From the NCBI GenBank assembly GCA_951406725.2, contig OX597819.1, positions 7,874,001 to 7,938,000 of the forward strand: DNA of 64,000 nucleotides, written 5' to 3'. Position numbers and translations under genes: made by a program. The notes under the pieces were generated by a model. That model searched no databases, had not been told where the DNA came from, and saw nothing but the letters and a program-made list of their open reading frames with translations. The DNA comes from Octopus vulgaris. Taxonomy: Eukaryota. Positions 45,024 to 57,971 of the stretch are shown one piece after another (within the stretch, counting starts at the first letter, position 1; every line of letters starts with the position of its first letter).

Positions 45024-45432
45024 AAGTTTCATCTCAGAGCTGCGGCTATGCTGGGGCACCGCCGTTTTGCTACACTGTTATTATTGAGAGCCTCCTGTAA
45101 TATGTGGCATTTGGTGACTAAGGGAGTTCGATGTCGCTATCTTCATTTGCACCTCTTGCCGCAAGGTAGATTGATCTCTGACTCTCGACAGAATGAGGTC
45201 CAGTTCTGATTTGAAAACACCTACATCCACTTTGTGTAGGTTCCACAGGCTCTTTGGGAGAAAATTAAAAAGATGTGTGCCGCAGAAACCCTGGCTGTTG
45301 CAGCGATGGACTTGCTGGGATCTTTGGCACTGTGCAGTGTCGACCCGTTCTGGCATTGGTGTAGCTTTCAATGCAAAATTTGGCATAATTCCCTTCCGGA
45401 TCTTCCAGATGTAAATAACTGCATAACTCACG
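45024..45432 (-). mobile_element. CR1-group LINE 3' fragment
   Basis: YAVIYIWKI..G..PNF, RTGRHC.VPKIP, LFNFLPKSLWNL..VDVGVFKSELD..LSRV, SNSL; followed by a short 3' UTR. Confidence 0.85.
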
Positions 45433-45438
45433 TATGTA

Positions 45439-45520
<82 letters not shown>

Positions 45521-45639
45521 GCAAAAACAATTAAGATTCGAGTGAATTCCAATGAATTCACATGAATATGGTACTTAACTTAGATGCACCAGAAATCTCT
45601 ATGGTATTTACCATAAAATAATGTGGGGTGATTATAAAC

Positions 45640-45735
45640 AAGAAAAAAGCAACAAGAATGGATTAGTAGTTTAGTACAATTGCTCTTAGTATGAAACAAT
45701 TGTACTAAACTACTGATCCATTCTTGTTGCTTTTT

Positions 45736-45738
<3 letters not shown>
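45640..45738. repeat. ~42-bp inverted repeat adjoining (TA)n, containing a hammerhead 3' half (GAAACAATTGTA)
   Basis: Arms at 45640-45682 and 45697-45738. Confidence 0.78.
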
Positions 45739-45804
<66 letters not shown>

Positions 45805-46417
45805 AGCGAGAGTTTACGAAAAAAAACCCCAAAAGACGAAGACAGGTGGTGTACAAAACAAACAGACGTATTAGTATAACGCTCAGGAATGGAAAAAGTC
45901 TTTTACATTTCCTATATATATATGCGACGGTCTTCTTTCAGTTTCCGTCAACCTAATCCACTCATGCGGCTTTGATCGGCCCGAGGCAATAGTTGGAGAC
46001 ACTTGCCCAAGACGCCACGCACCTTCAGCAAGTGTCTCCTACCACGTGGTTGGGAAGCAAGCTTCTTACAACACAGCCACTCCTGCATATTATATATATA
46101 TGCTTATATATGTATGTACCCAAACATACATATATAGATATATACAGGCATGCATACATACATACATGCATACATACATACATACATACATACATACATA
46201 CATACATACATACATACATACATACATACATACATGTAAACAAGCCTTCACTTCAATCCCAGACACTCATGTACCTGGAAGTGTTTGTAACCTCAACAGT
46301 AGGATCTGTATGTCCAAACCCGGACCACACAAGTCATAAGCGATCTCATGAGGAGATTTACGTATTGTAAAGAAAAAAAGAGAGGGCATCTTTCTTTTGT
46401 AATGAAGTGGTGATCGC

Positions 46418-46477
<60 letters not shown>

Positions 46478-46835
46478 TAAAACAGTCCTTGGACGAAAAT
46501 TGTATGCAGATTTTTCCATACACCATTTATGTGGCTGTTTCTGACAAGAAATTTCGCTTTCATGTAAACAACTCTATTTTCTAGTCAGTATCCGTAATCT
46601 ACTCCCAAAACACTTCAGTAGCTCTACTTTGCATCGCTTGCAAAGTTATATGTTCTATGATACTCAAAGTGCAACGACCTCCACAATAACCAGCCTTCAA
46701 TTTGATTTTCCGTTCCCAGGTTTATCGGAAACAGATTGCCATGCTACACATAAATCTTCTCGGTAGTTCAATTATTTGGTGAGAAAAATACCACGAAAGC
46801 AACTTAAACCGTCCAAGGGACGGGTGCGTTTGCTA

Positions 46836-46876
<41 letters not shown>

Positions 46877-47263
46877 TATAAAAATTATATATAAAAAGGG
46901 ACAAGAACGTGAAATACACAAAGAGACGACACTTTAATCTTCAGTCAGGAACCGGATCATCATAGCAAATTTCGGCTGATTAATCCTGATATTGCTCCGA
47001 AACGGCCAGCCCCAAGGAAAAACTAAGCTACGAGCATTAGATTTCTTGGAAAAAGGATCGAATGTAAACGAAACAAGGACAGAAAAACGGACGAAGCCAC
47101 ACGAATATAAATACAAAAGACAAAAATAAAATTATAAACAAGAATGGTAATAACAGGACAACAGCAGGTGTCTTACGACTTTAGACAAATTTAACTTATC
47201 TAGCAGGCGTGTTTTGAATATATATATATACACGCACGCACCTACACACACAAACACATATGC

Positions 47264-47311
<48 letters not shown>

Positions 47312-47395
47312 TTTACCAACCGTTTAGGTGGAGAGATATGTTCAATTATTCCAGTACCTTCGAATTTAATTTTAAATATTTAATTATTGATGGGT

Positions 47396-47478
47396 CCTAT
47401 GCTGAAGAGGAAAACGGTTGGTAAAGTATAATTTTATATTCTTCATTCCAACCTAATTCCGAAACGCCCGTCTATAGG
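47396..47478 (+). ncRNA. Type I hammerhead ribozyme motif, complete core
   Basis: CCTATG-CTGAAGA-GGAA..GGTTGG...CCAACC..TTCC-GAAA-CGCCCG-TC-TATAGG; GUC triplet. 47307-47325 is an inverted copy of 47412-47430. Confidence 0.8.
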
Positions 47479-47772
47479 TGACCAGATATTGATTGATTTT
47501 CGTTACTTCTTCTTCTCTGCCTGTGTTGATTGTTTTCAAGTATTTTGGTTTTTCTGGGAGTCCCTCTTTAAGTAGAAGAAATAGCTAACGTTTTTTGGCT
47601 GCTATTTCTAAGCTTCGGTATGTGGTAAAGCAAATCTTTGTTGAACCCTAATTATTTAGTATTACTTAAGTTTACCATAAAATGGTCCTTCTTTCAAGCC
47701 GAACTCTACTTGGTGAAATTATTGATTACTTCTTAATTAATTAATTTTACCCTTTGTTATTACTGATATATA

Positions 47773-47899
<127 letters not shown>

Positions 47900-48689
47900 G
47901 GTGTCGCAAGACGAACAGCCTGCTCCCTTTTCTATTCAATGAGTCTTTTTCCCAATAGCCAGGCGCCACTATTTCTAGCTTTATTTGCTTCGAGAAAGGT
48001 AAAAGTACAGATACAAACATGCAAACATACATACATTCACATATATGTACGTACATACATACATACATACATACATACATACATACATACATACATACAT
48101 ACATACATACATACATACGTGCATACATATATATAAATATGGTTGCTTGTGTGCCTGTGTGTGTTTTTATGTGTGCGTGTGTTTTCAACTAGGTTTAACC
48201 ACGCCTAGGTTAATCTTCGGTGGCTACGGTACCGCCTTGGATATAGCTCTCCGTATACTTGAACTATATTCTGTATATAAGCGTGTGTGGTTGTATACGT
48301 ACACACACACACACACACCATCAAACGCATACACATCTGTGCATGTATAAATCTATCCATGTATTTTTCAAAGTCGCACTGCACGCCCTCTCGCACCTAC
48401 TTCCTACCAGACTGATGTTTCTCACTGATGTCTATGAAACTTCGCGCTCGAATTAGCATTAATATTTTCTCGTTATAAATTCTTTTTCAATTTTTCAATT
48501 TTTTTTTTTCAATACTGTACTTTCTCAACAACATACATAACGTACCTGTGTTAGTGTTTCTCTCGGTTAGTGTATGTGTTTGTGTGTGTTTGTGTATGTG
48601 TGATGTACGTGTGTCTTTGTGAATATGTGTGATGTGTGTGTGTGTGCATGTATGCGTCCGCGTGTATGTTTCCATTTAAATGCAAACAT

Positions 48690-48696
48690 AAATATA

Positions 48697-48786
<90 letters not shown>

Positions 48787-48790
48787 CGTG

Positions 48791-48861
<71 letters not shown>

Positions 48862-49007
48862 GATATAAATATAATATATATACATATATATCTGTAAGTA
48901 CGTATGTACGTATCCTTATCTATATCCATCTCTAAGTATCTATCCAACTATATCTAAATGTACTACAACACACACACACACACACATATATGCTACTGTG
49001 TGTGTTT

Positions 49008-49074
<67 letters not shown>

Positions 49075-49441
49075 TATTGATATTTTATATAAGATATAAA
49101 TGTATATTCATATATCTGTGTGTGTATACACACACATACAAATACACACACATACATATGTAATGTATGTATATACTATTTATACTGTATATAATACACT
49201 ATATGTATATATGTATATATATATGTATATATATATGAACAACATATGTATATATATATATATATATAAATCCTTAAAAAATGTATATAATGTATATATA
49301 TATATACATTATATATATATATATATATATATACATGAACAACATATGTATATATATATATATATATGAACAACATATGCATATATATATACATATATAC
49401 ATTATATATATGAACATATGTATATATACGTGTATATATAC

Positions 49442-49485
<44 letters not shown>

Positions 49486-49610
49486 GAACAACATATGTAT
49501 ATATATATTTATATATATATGAACAACATATGTATATATATGCATATATATATATATGAACAACATGCATATATATATATATATACATACATTATATATA
49601 TATGAACAAC

Positions 49611-49651
<41 letters not shown>

Positions 49652-49655
49652 CAAC

Positions 49656-49736
<81 letters not shown>

Positions 49737-49740
49737 TATA
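48690..49740. repeat. (TA)n-rich array with a GAACAACATATG minisatellite at 49230-49660
   Basis: About 9 copies of the motif separated by variable (TA)n. Confidence 0.9.
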
Positions 49741-50237
49741 TTCACTGAGACACACCATAGAGACACACACATTCACACGGACGTGGGCACACTCATACAC
49801 ATACACAATGATGAAAGTATTTTTTAAATATCAATGTATAATAGGTTAGATAGTTATTTATCTACACGTATGTGTCTGTGTCAAACGACGTCTCTCGAAA
49901 TGTGTGTGTGTGTGTGTTTGCATGTGTGTATGTGTACTCGCATAGGAGTGTATGGTTGTGAGCGCATGTATGGCTAAAGGAAATACGTGTGTATATGTTA
50001 ATGCGTATGTATATATAAGTCGCAGAAATATGCATCTATATTGCAATATTGTCGCATATAAACTTATATACATCCTTTTATAGAAACATAACTGATGGAG
50101 AAGTGTGTATATGTGCGTGCGTGTGCTTATGCATATGTGTTCATACATACATTCACACGCACACAAACATACACACACCTACACACACACTGAGACACAC
50201 AGACAGCCGCACACACACACACACATATACATATATA

Positions 50238-50387
50238 TACGACGGGCTTCTTTCAATTTCCTTCTAATATAAGATAATTGTTTACCCGAGGCTACTGAAA
50301 AAGACATTTGCTCAAGATTCCACGCAGTGGGACTGAACCTGTAACCATCTGGTTTGGAAGCAGACATCTTACCACACAGCCACGCCT
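50238..50387 (-). mobile_element. SINE family B, 5' part, diverged
   Basis: acgacgggcttctttc...ccacgcagtgggactgaacc...ttaccacacagccac. Confidence 0.75.
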
Positions 50388-50433
<46 letters not shown>

Positions 50434-50727
50434 TATTTATATATGTATATATATATACGTACGCTCACAAACATACATATAGTCATGTCTGTATATATAG
50501 AACTTGGTTTAAAAATAGTTTTTAGATTAAGACATTTTTCTTTTTATACTATTTGTGTTAATTCTTTTTGTTATTTTTTTGAAACAGCAGCAGCAACAAC
50601 AATAGCAGTACCACTAGTAGTATTAGTAACAAAAAAAAACAAAAAAAACAACGACAGCAACAATAACAAAACAAATATAGTGGTTATATTAGTAGCGGTA
50701 GTAACAAGAACAATGACAACAACGGTC

Positions 50728-50791
<64 letters not shown>

Positions 50792-50812
50792 CGATGATGA
50801 TGGTGACGATGG

Positions 50813-50875
<63 letters not shown>

Positions 50876-50905
50876 GGAGGAGGAGGAGGAGGAGGAGGAG
50901 GAGGA
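50728..50905. repeat. (GAT)n(GAG)n microsatellite
   Basis: Directly visible. Confidence 0.95.
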
Positions 50906-51292
50906 AGAAAACAACCACTACAGTAGATGGAATAACAACAACGAGAACAACAACAACAACAACAGGCCTAACAATAGCAATAACAAGCGAAACATATCGT
51001 TCATAGATTATGCACTTAAGTGCATTGAGATGGCGAAAATGTGACAGACACATTAAAAAAAGTTAATACTGTTAAGAGCTTTCTGAAGTGAAATGAAATA
51101 ATTTGAAGCAACTGGTATCTCTGAGAAATAAATGATTGGACTTTGGCTTCTATTGTTTTGCATTGTCTTTCTTTTTTTTTTTACCTTTACTTTCTTTCTT
51201 TTTTTTGTTTTGTTTTGTTATTTCATTATTTTTCTCTTTCTCTTCATCGATTTTGCTTAGAATAGCAACAACAACAATAATAATGGCAACAA

Positions 51293-51351
51293 TATCATCA
51301 TCATCGTCGTCGTCGTCATCATCATCATCATCATCGTCGTCGTCGTCGCCG

Positions 51352-51393
<42 letters not shown>

Positions 51394-51503
51394 CCATAAT
51401 CATAAACATCATCATCATCATCATCATAAACATCATCATCATCATCATTATCACCATCATCACCATCATCATCATCATCATCATCACCATCGTCACCATC
51501 ATC

Positions 51504-51535
<32 letters not shown>

Positions 51536-51570
51536 CATCATAAACATCATCATCATCATCATCGTCATTA
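51293..51570. repeat. (CAT)n microsatellite
   Basis: Directly visible. Confidence 0.95.
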
Positions 51571-52035
51571 TCAGAAGCAACAGCAGCAGTCCTCAGTAAC
51601 TGCGCCAGCAGCAGTAATGGGAGCGATAAGAGCAAAAACGCGGTTCGGAACAACAACAACAGCAGCAGCAATGTGAACTGAAACAAGCACATACACCCCC
51701 ACCCCCACCCCCCCACCCCCGCCACCCCACCCCCACTAAAATAGCGCAGAAGAGACAAAAACATAGCACAACAAAGGCAACAACAACAACAACAACGACA
51801 TCAATAGAAAGCAGCCATAATAGACCACCTCGCATTCAACGAGCAGAAGATGAAGGTGTTAGAACGAAGATAATGTTATATTTAGACGAGGCAACTTGGG
51901 ACTCCTGCGAAGAGGGTTGGTGAAATATGGTCACTGACCCGCTAGAAATGACAGTCAAATCTACCTCAAATTATATTTTACTGACTTAAAAGGGATAACT
52001 TCGTATATATATATAGGCCCATCGTATATATATAT

Positions 52036-52213
52036 AGGCGCAGGAGTGGCTGTGTGGTAAGTAGCTTGCTAACCAGCCTCATGCTTCCGGGTTCAGTCCC
52101 ACTGCGTGACATCTTGGGCAAGTGTCTACTGCTATAGCCCCAGGCCGACCAATGCCTTGTGAGTAGATTTGGTAGACGGAAACTGAAAGAAGCCTGTCGT
52201 ATATATGTATATA

Positions 52214-52253
<40 letters not shown>

Positions 52254-52468
52254 TGTGTCTGTGTTTATCCCCCTAGCATTGCTTGACAACCGATGGTGGT
52301 GTGTTTACGTCCCCGTCACTTAGCGGTTCGGCAAAAGAGCCCGATAGAATAAGTACTGGGCTTACAAAGAATTAGTCCCGGGGTCGAGTTGCCCGACTAA
52401 AGGCGGTGCTCCAGCATGGCCGCAGTCAAATGACTGAAACAATTAAAAGAGTAAAAGTGTAAAAGAGT
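52036..52468 (+). mobile_element. SINE family B
   Basis: Matches the B consensus. Confidence 0.9.
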
Positions 52469-52559
52469 AACTTCTGCTGGGTCCCTAGAGCATAGGAACA
52501 TTCGATCAGGGATGATTTGTGAGTAGACAACGGCAACAGTCTACTCTCTACAATTTTGC

Positions 52560-52870
52560 TAATACTTCGAAGGACTAATCTTGCAGCATCGGCTGCAAAC
52601 CCCAGTGTCATCGCCCATAACGCGGTGGAGAGAAAAATCAATAAATACGAGTGGGGGGGGGGAGGGCTAGCTGGTCGCTATCAGTTTGTGCCAATCGCCG
52701 TCGAGACGTCAGCTGTTCTAGGACCCCGTACTACCGATTTTCTCCGCAAAATAGGGATAAGAACAGCCTGTCTGAGAAATGAAACCCGCGAGGTGGAATG
52801 GCTACTGGTGCGAGTGTCGTTGGCCATCCTCCGCGGCACTTCCATCGCGATAATTTCCGTAGAGCGGCTG
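52560..52870 (+). pseudogene. CRE-like non-LTR retrotransposon C-terminal (restriction-like endonuclease end) relic
   Basis: AHNAVERKINKY..L..RYQFVPIAVETSAVLG..DFLRKIG..REVEWLLVRVSLAILRG resembles the AE..K..KY / FVPIAVET.G / QRLS.AIQRGN pattern. Confidence 0.72.
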
Positions 52871-53401
52871 AACACGCCTTTTGTTCTGGGGTATGTGGCC
52901 TATCGCCCTTCTTCCTCCATCTTCTGCTGCTTTACCTCCCACCACATTTTCCCTTTTCTTTTTTCTCTTATCTCTTTTCCTTCCCGTTTTTTTTTTTTGG
53001 TATTTAAATGATCCAACATCGATCTGTAAATTATAAGTATTTACCCACCATTGCAATGTCTGCGAGACAACTTTCAAAAAAGCAAAGACTTTCCTCAAGC
53101 AATCTTCCTTGACCTAAAAACTTACTGCAAGTTCTATCACTTCCCAAACTGCAACTGGGTTTTCTGGTCTCTTGTGTTTATGAAGTTTATCCAAGAACAC
53201 TCACACATAAAGACAGATGAAGAGGAATAAGTGAATAAATGACAAAAACTGAGCGTTTTCTGTTACAGACAGTACTAGGAATCCAGAAAATGTTCCTATG
53301 TGAAGTAAGTCCTTTAAGGCGGGGGAAACATTACACGTTTCCTAGGTAAACTGAAGCCTTGTGAGTGGATTTGGTAGACGGAAACTGAAAGAAGCCCATC
53401 G

Positions 53402-53462
<61 letters not shown>

Positions 53463-53522
53463 CTGAAAGCTCCGAAATACAAAATGAATGGTTGCTCCCA
53501 CTCTTTCGCTAGCGAACATACC

Positions 53523-53750
53523 TATTTCTTTATTACCCACAAGGGGCCAAACACAGAGGGGACAAACAAGGACAGACAAACGGATGAAGTCGATTACATC
53601 GACCCCAGTGCGTAACTGGTACTTAATTTATCGACCCCGAAAAGATGAAAGGCAAAGTAGACCTCGGCGGAATTTGAACTCACAACGTAACGCAGACGAA
53701 ATACCGCTAAGCATTTCGCCCGGCGTGCTAACGTTTCTGCCAGCTCGCCG
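53523..53750 (-). mobile_element. SINE family C, full length
   Basis: Flanking direct repeat CGCTAGCGAACATACC at 53507-53522 and 53749-53764. Confidence 0.9.
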
Positions 53751-54124
53751 CTAGCGAACATACCAACTATTCAACTCCAGACCATGCACATTAATGCGAA
53801 TCGGTTACGAGACACAAATGCGCATCTCAAAAGTCCTCATCAACTTCATCAAGAGTCACCCAAAGACGAAAATTGAGAGCGAAGTACTTCTCGTAAGTTT
53901 TATGAAATGTATATGTGAATGGCGAAATTAGCGTAGCTAAATAAGCTGAACTCTAACTATGCTGTTGTAAACTGATGGCGACAAAAGGGGAAGGGCATGT
54001 CCGGTGCGTCAGAGTAATTCTAGATTGTGTATGGGATGCATTGAATCACTTGACATGGCAGCCCACCTCTCCGTTTTGAAGATGCTTCTTTTTATCCCTT
54101 ACTGTTATCACTATTTACTGATAT

Positions 54125-54415
54125 CACGTGGTCACGTGACCACGTGACCGACCAGTCCATCAGATGTAGTTACACATCGCTGGTCACAATGCGTTTGCAT
54201 TGCTTTAGCCTTCGAATGACGCCAACAGAAGAAAGAGTGAAAGAAAGAGCGGTGAAAGAGTACAGCAGGGATCACCCCCCCCCCCCTGCCGGAGCCTCGT
54301 GGAGCTTTAGGTGTTTTCGCTCAGTAAACACTCACAACACCCGGTCTGGGAATCGAAACCGCGATCCTACGACAGCGAGTCCGCTGCCCTAACCACTGGG
54401 CCATTGCGCCTCCAC
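54125..54415 (-). mobile_element. SINE A2: family A head with a different, RTE-like 3' tail
   Basis: TSD ATTTACTGATAT at 54113-54124 and 54416-54427. Head near-identical to A; tail ends in CACGTG repeats. Confidence 0.88.
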
Positions 54416-54679
54416 ATTTACTGATATATATATTTATTTATTTATTTGTCGATATTAGTATTGATTATGCCCTTTTACACGAAGTCCCCCTTCCCACGGT
54501 CTGTCGTTCTTAACTTTCTTTTATTTTCAATATTTCGTTTGGTTTGTCCCCAACGTCTTAGATCGTTGTGATGGATGAAAGAAATCCGTTATCTGACGAC
54601 TCTTAGAGACACATGGTATTAAGCTGTAACCTGATTTAGTCTTACTTCATGAGCCATGTTATTTATTTATTCTTTCATT

Positions 54680-54848
54680 CTATTATTCTTTTATTTGTTT
54701 CAGTCATTTGACTACGGCCATGCTGGGGCACCGCCTTTAGTCGAGCAAATCGGCCCCAGGACTTGTAGTTTGTAAGCCGGCACTTATTCTATCGGTTTCT
54801 TTTGCCGAACCGCTAAGTTACAGGGATGTGAACAAATCAACACCTGTT
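54680..54848 (-). mobile_element. SINE family B, 3' part
   Basis: Matches the B tail. Confidence 0.8.
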
Positions 54849-55300
54849 ATGTATATATATGATATGCGTATGTGTGTGTAACTTTTGATGTGTGAGAGAG
54901 CACACTCCAAACATTGTAAAATATATAATTGAATAGAATGCTTGTCGGGGTAAAACTGAATGTTTCAGACTCAATATAGACTATTTATGGGATTCAAGTT
55001 CAGATCGAAGTGAGAATTAACGCTCCGTACCAAATATCCTTGCTACGAGCTAATTTCAGTCCACAGACAGACTAGAATTGCTGCTGGTTAAATTTGTGTC
55101 ATTTGTTCTTTTCAATATTCTATTGTTCATCCCAACAAACGTGCCACGTGATTGGGAAACTTCTCAACCACACAGGCATGCCTAGTTTTTCTACAATATT
55201 TGGCTGCGTGACACCTTGAGCAAGTGTCTTCTAGTATAACCTCGGGCCGACTGAAGCCTTGTGAGTGGATTTGGTAGACGGAAACTGAAAAAAGCCCGTA

Positions 55301-55339
<39 letters not shown>

Positions 55340-55340
<1 letters not shown>

Positions 55341-55588
55341 TTTATTTTAAGCAGCAGAAAATTCAACAAAATCTGTTACTCTGAGTTTCTCGTTGCCGTT
55401 CATCAGACAGTTTTTGCTAGAATGGAACCGATATATCGGTTCCATTCTAGCAAAAACTGTCTGATGAACGGCAACGAGAAACTCAGAGTAACAGATTTTG
55501 TTGAATTTTCTGCTGCTTTAAATAAAGCATATTACTCTACCACTGGTATTTGAGTACTCTTTTTTCCACCTTGTTTCACATTTATGTG
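55340..55588. mobile_element. Penelope-like/retrozyme-like insert in (TA)n: 188-bp palindrome plus a ~60-bp unpaired tail
   Basis: 55349-55518 is a perfect spacerless palindrome centred on ATATAT (55431-55436). (TA)n on both sides. Confidence 0.8.
55455..55498 (+). ncRNA. Minimal hammerhead motif (mirror copy on the minus strand at 55369-55412)
   Basis: CTGT-CTGATGA-ACGGCAACGA-GAAA-CTCAGAG-TA-ACAG. Weak 2-bp stem II with GCAA loop; GUA triplet. Confidence 0.68.
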
Positions 55589-55596
55589 TTTACTCC

Positions 55597-55681
<85 letters not shown>

Positions 55682-55697
55682 GTGTGTGTGTATTTGT

Positions 55698-55814
55698 CTG
55701 GCTGTTTGGTAAGAAGCTTGCTTCCCAGCCACCATGAAACGGGTTCAGTCCCACTTCGTGGGACCTTGCGCAAGTGTCTTCTACTATAGCTAATGGAAAC
55801 TGAAAGAAGCCATC

Positions 55815-55897
<83 letters not shown>

Positions 55898-56007
55898 ACT
55901 GTATTTGTCCTCTCACCATCGCTTGATAGCCGATGTTGGTGTGTTTACGTCCCCGTAACATAGCGGTTCAACGAATAAGTCCTGTTAGACTAAAGGCGGT
56001 GCTCCAG
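55698..56007 (+). mobile_element. SINE family B, deleted and diverged
   Basis: B head, CORE-like segment and tail ggcggtgctccag. Confidence 0.8.
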
Positions 56008-56104
56008 AATAACAGAATAAAAAAAGCCATAAAGACAGAAACAGGCGAGAGAACAACGGAGGAAAGAAAATAGATGGAGAGAGGAGAAAAAACGAATATT
56101 CTGT

Positions 56105-56503
56105 TACTCTTTTACTTGTTTCAGTCATTTGACTGCGGCCATGCTGGAGCACCGCCTTTAGTCGAGCAACGCCACACCGGGACTTATTCTTTGTAAGCCC
56201 AGTACTTATTCTATAGGTATCTTTTGCCGAACCGCTAAGTGACGGGGACGTATACACACCAGCATCGGTTGTCAAGCAATGCTAGGGGGACAAACACAGA
56301 CACACAAACATATACACACACACTTATATATATATATACATATATACGACAGGCTTCTTTCAGTTTCCGTCTACCAAATCCACTCACAAGGCATTGGTCG
56401 GCCCGGGGCTATAGCAGAAGACACTTGCCCAAGATGCCACGCAGTGGGACTGAACCCGGAACCATGTGGTTGGTTAGCAAGCTACTTACCACACAGCCAC
56501 TCC
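56105..56503 (-). mobile_element. SINE family B
   Basis: Reverse complement of the B consensus. Confidence 0.92.
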
Positions 56504-56964
56504 TATATATAATTTTGAAACGAATGAAGTTAGATAACACAATACATGTTTTCAAGTCTACTTAGTTAATGTACTCGTAGTTTCTAGATTATTTCAGGTG
56601 ATCAGATGGAAACAATTTGAAAATCTAAGATTGCGTCAAGACATAACCATTTCTTTGGCTGTCGTGTATATTCCACATAAAATATGTAGGATTACTTCAA
56701 ATCGAATTCGATAATTAACGTTAAACATTGATCAGCTGTTAGGAGGACATTATTCTTTTAAAGGGAGACACCTTAAAGGAAGATAACACTTCTTTTTATT
56801 AATTTGGAATTAATTATTTAATATCAAATCTCACCGTCTTACCCTGAATTTCGGTTAAATTGTTCGACTGCTTATGTTTCTAATGTCCCAGCACACTGAT
56901 GTTTGATATGTGAATTTTTCCTGAGTAAGAAAAAAGAAAATATCCCCTCTCGCATTTAAAATAT

Positions 56965-57105
56965 CGATTTCAAATTTTGGTACAAGGCCAGCAATTTCAG
57001 GAGAAGAGGTAAGTCGATTACATGGATCTCAGTACTCAACTGGTACTTATCTTATCGATCCCAAAAGGATGATAGGCAAAGTCGACCTCGGCAGGATTTG
57101 AATCA
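56965..57105 (-). mobile_element. SINE family C fragment (another at ~57660-57827)
   Basis: aaaggatgataggcaaagtcgacctcggc. Confidence 0.7.
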
Positions 57106-57971
57106 CACATTCAAAATATTGGCTGGTATATTTGATAGCTTTAATTTCTGAGTTGTACATGGTTTGACTATGACGATTGTTCGGTGAATTTGATATTTCA
57201 GCCGCATTTCATACATTGTGGTATATTCTTTCTGGCTTTTAGATGTCAAATACATTTTGACAAGAAAGCGGAAATGCTCTTGCTCCTGTATCTGGCCAAA
57301 AGAATATGGAGTGTATATCGAGTTTTATCGATGTTTTCAATTCTATATATTCTCCATACTATTTCCTATTTTTACGTGAGTTCTGTCTACTAGCTCTTTC
57401 AGCACCCATCTTTAAATGTTGATGCAGTTTACTATATTTCTATAGTTCCATTTATTCTGGGGGTGTTTGTCTCCCCTTCGTAAATGTATATAAGGACACA
57501 AGAAAAATGTGTCGAAGCCAGCAGGAAGCGTCGATGCTTCCTAGGGCTAAACAGCGGTGGTGTAACCCCCTACTGTCACGTTCACGTTAGATTGACAGTA
57601 TACAACCATTGCATTTATTCTATTTTCCTTTTATTACGGTTGAAGATTTGTGACTCTATGTTGGTTTCAAATTTTGGCACAAGGCCAGCAATTTCGGAGA
57701 ACGACTCCGAAAACATGAAAGGCAAAGTCGACCCCGGCGGCATTTGAACTCCGCACATAAAGTCAGAAAAAAATGTCACTAAGTATTTTTATCCGGTGCG
57801 GTAGCGATTCTGCCAGATCGCCGCCTTGATTTGTGACTCTGTATTGCCCAGACAACCGTAACTTCAACAGAACTTCAAGTAAATTTTGTATGAAGTCTAT
57901 GTGAAATAAGATGTATGTATTTATCAATATTATGAAGACCCTTGTTATACTTGTAGTTCTATACAAGCTGT

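Larger units (their letters stand above)
44790..46086 (-). mobile_element. SINE family B split into 44790-45000 and 45924-46086 by nested insertions in its microsatellite
   Basis: The two halves are collinear with the B consensus. Confidence 0.75.

Noticed and set aside
49230-49660. Repeat-spacer pattern resembling CRISPR
   Set aside because: Spacers are (TA)n, the context is eukaryotic, and there are no cas genes.
54125-54146. Triple CACGTG E-box cluster
   Set aside because: It is the terminal repeat of the A2 SINE tail; no evidence of regulatory use.
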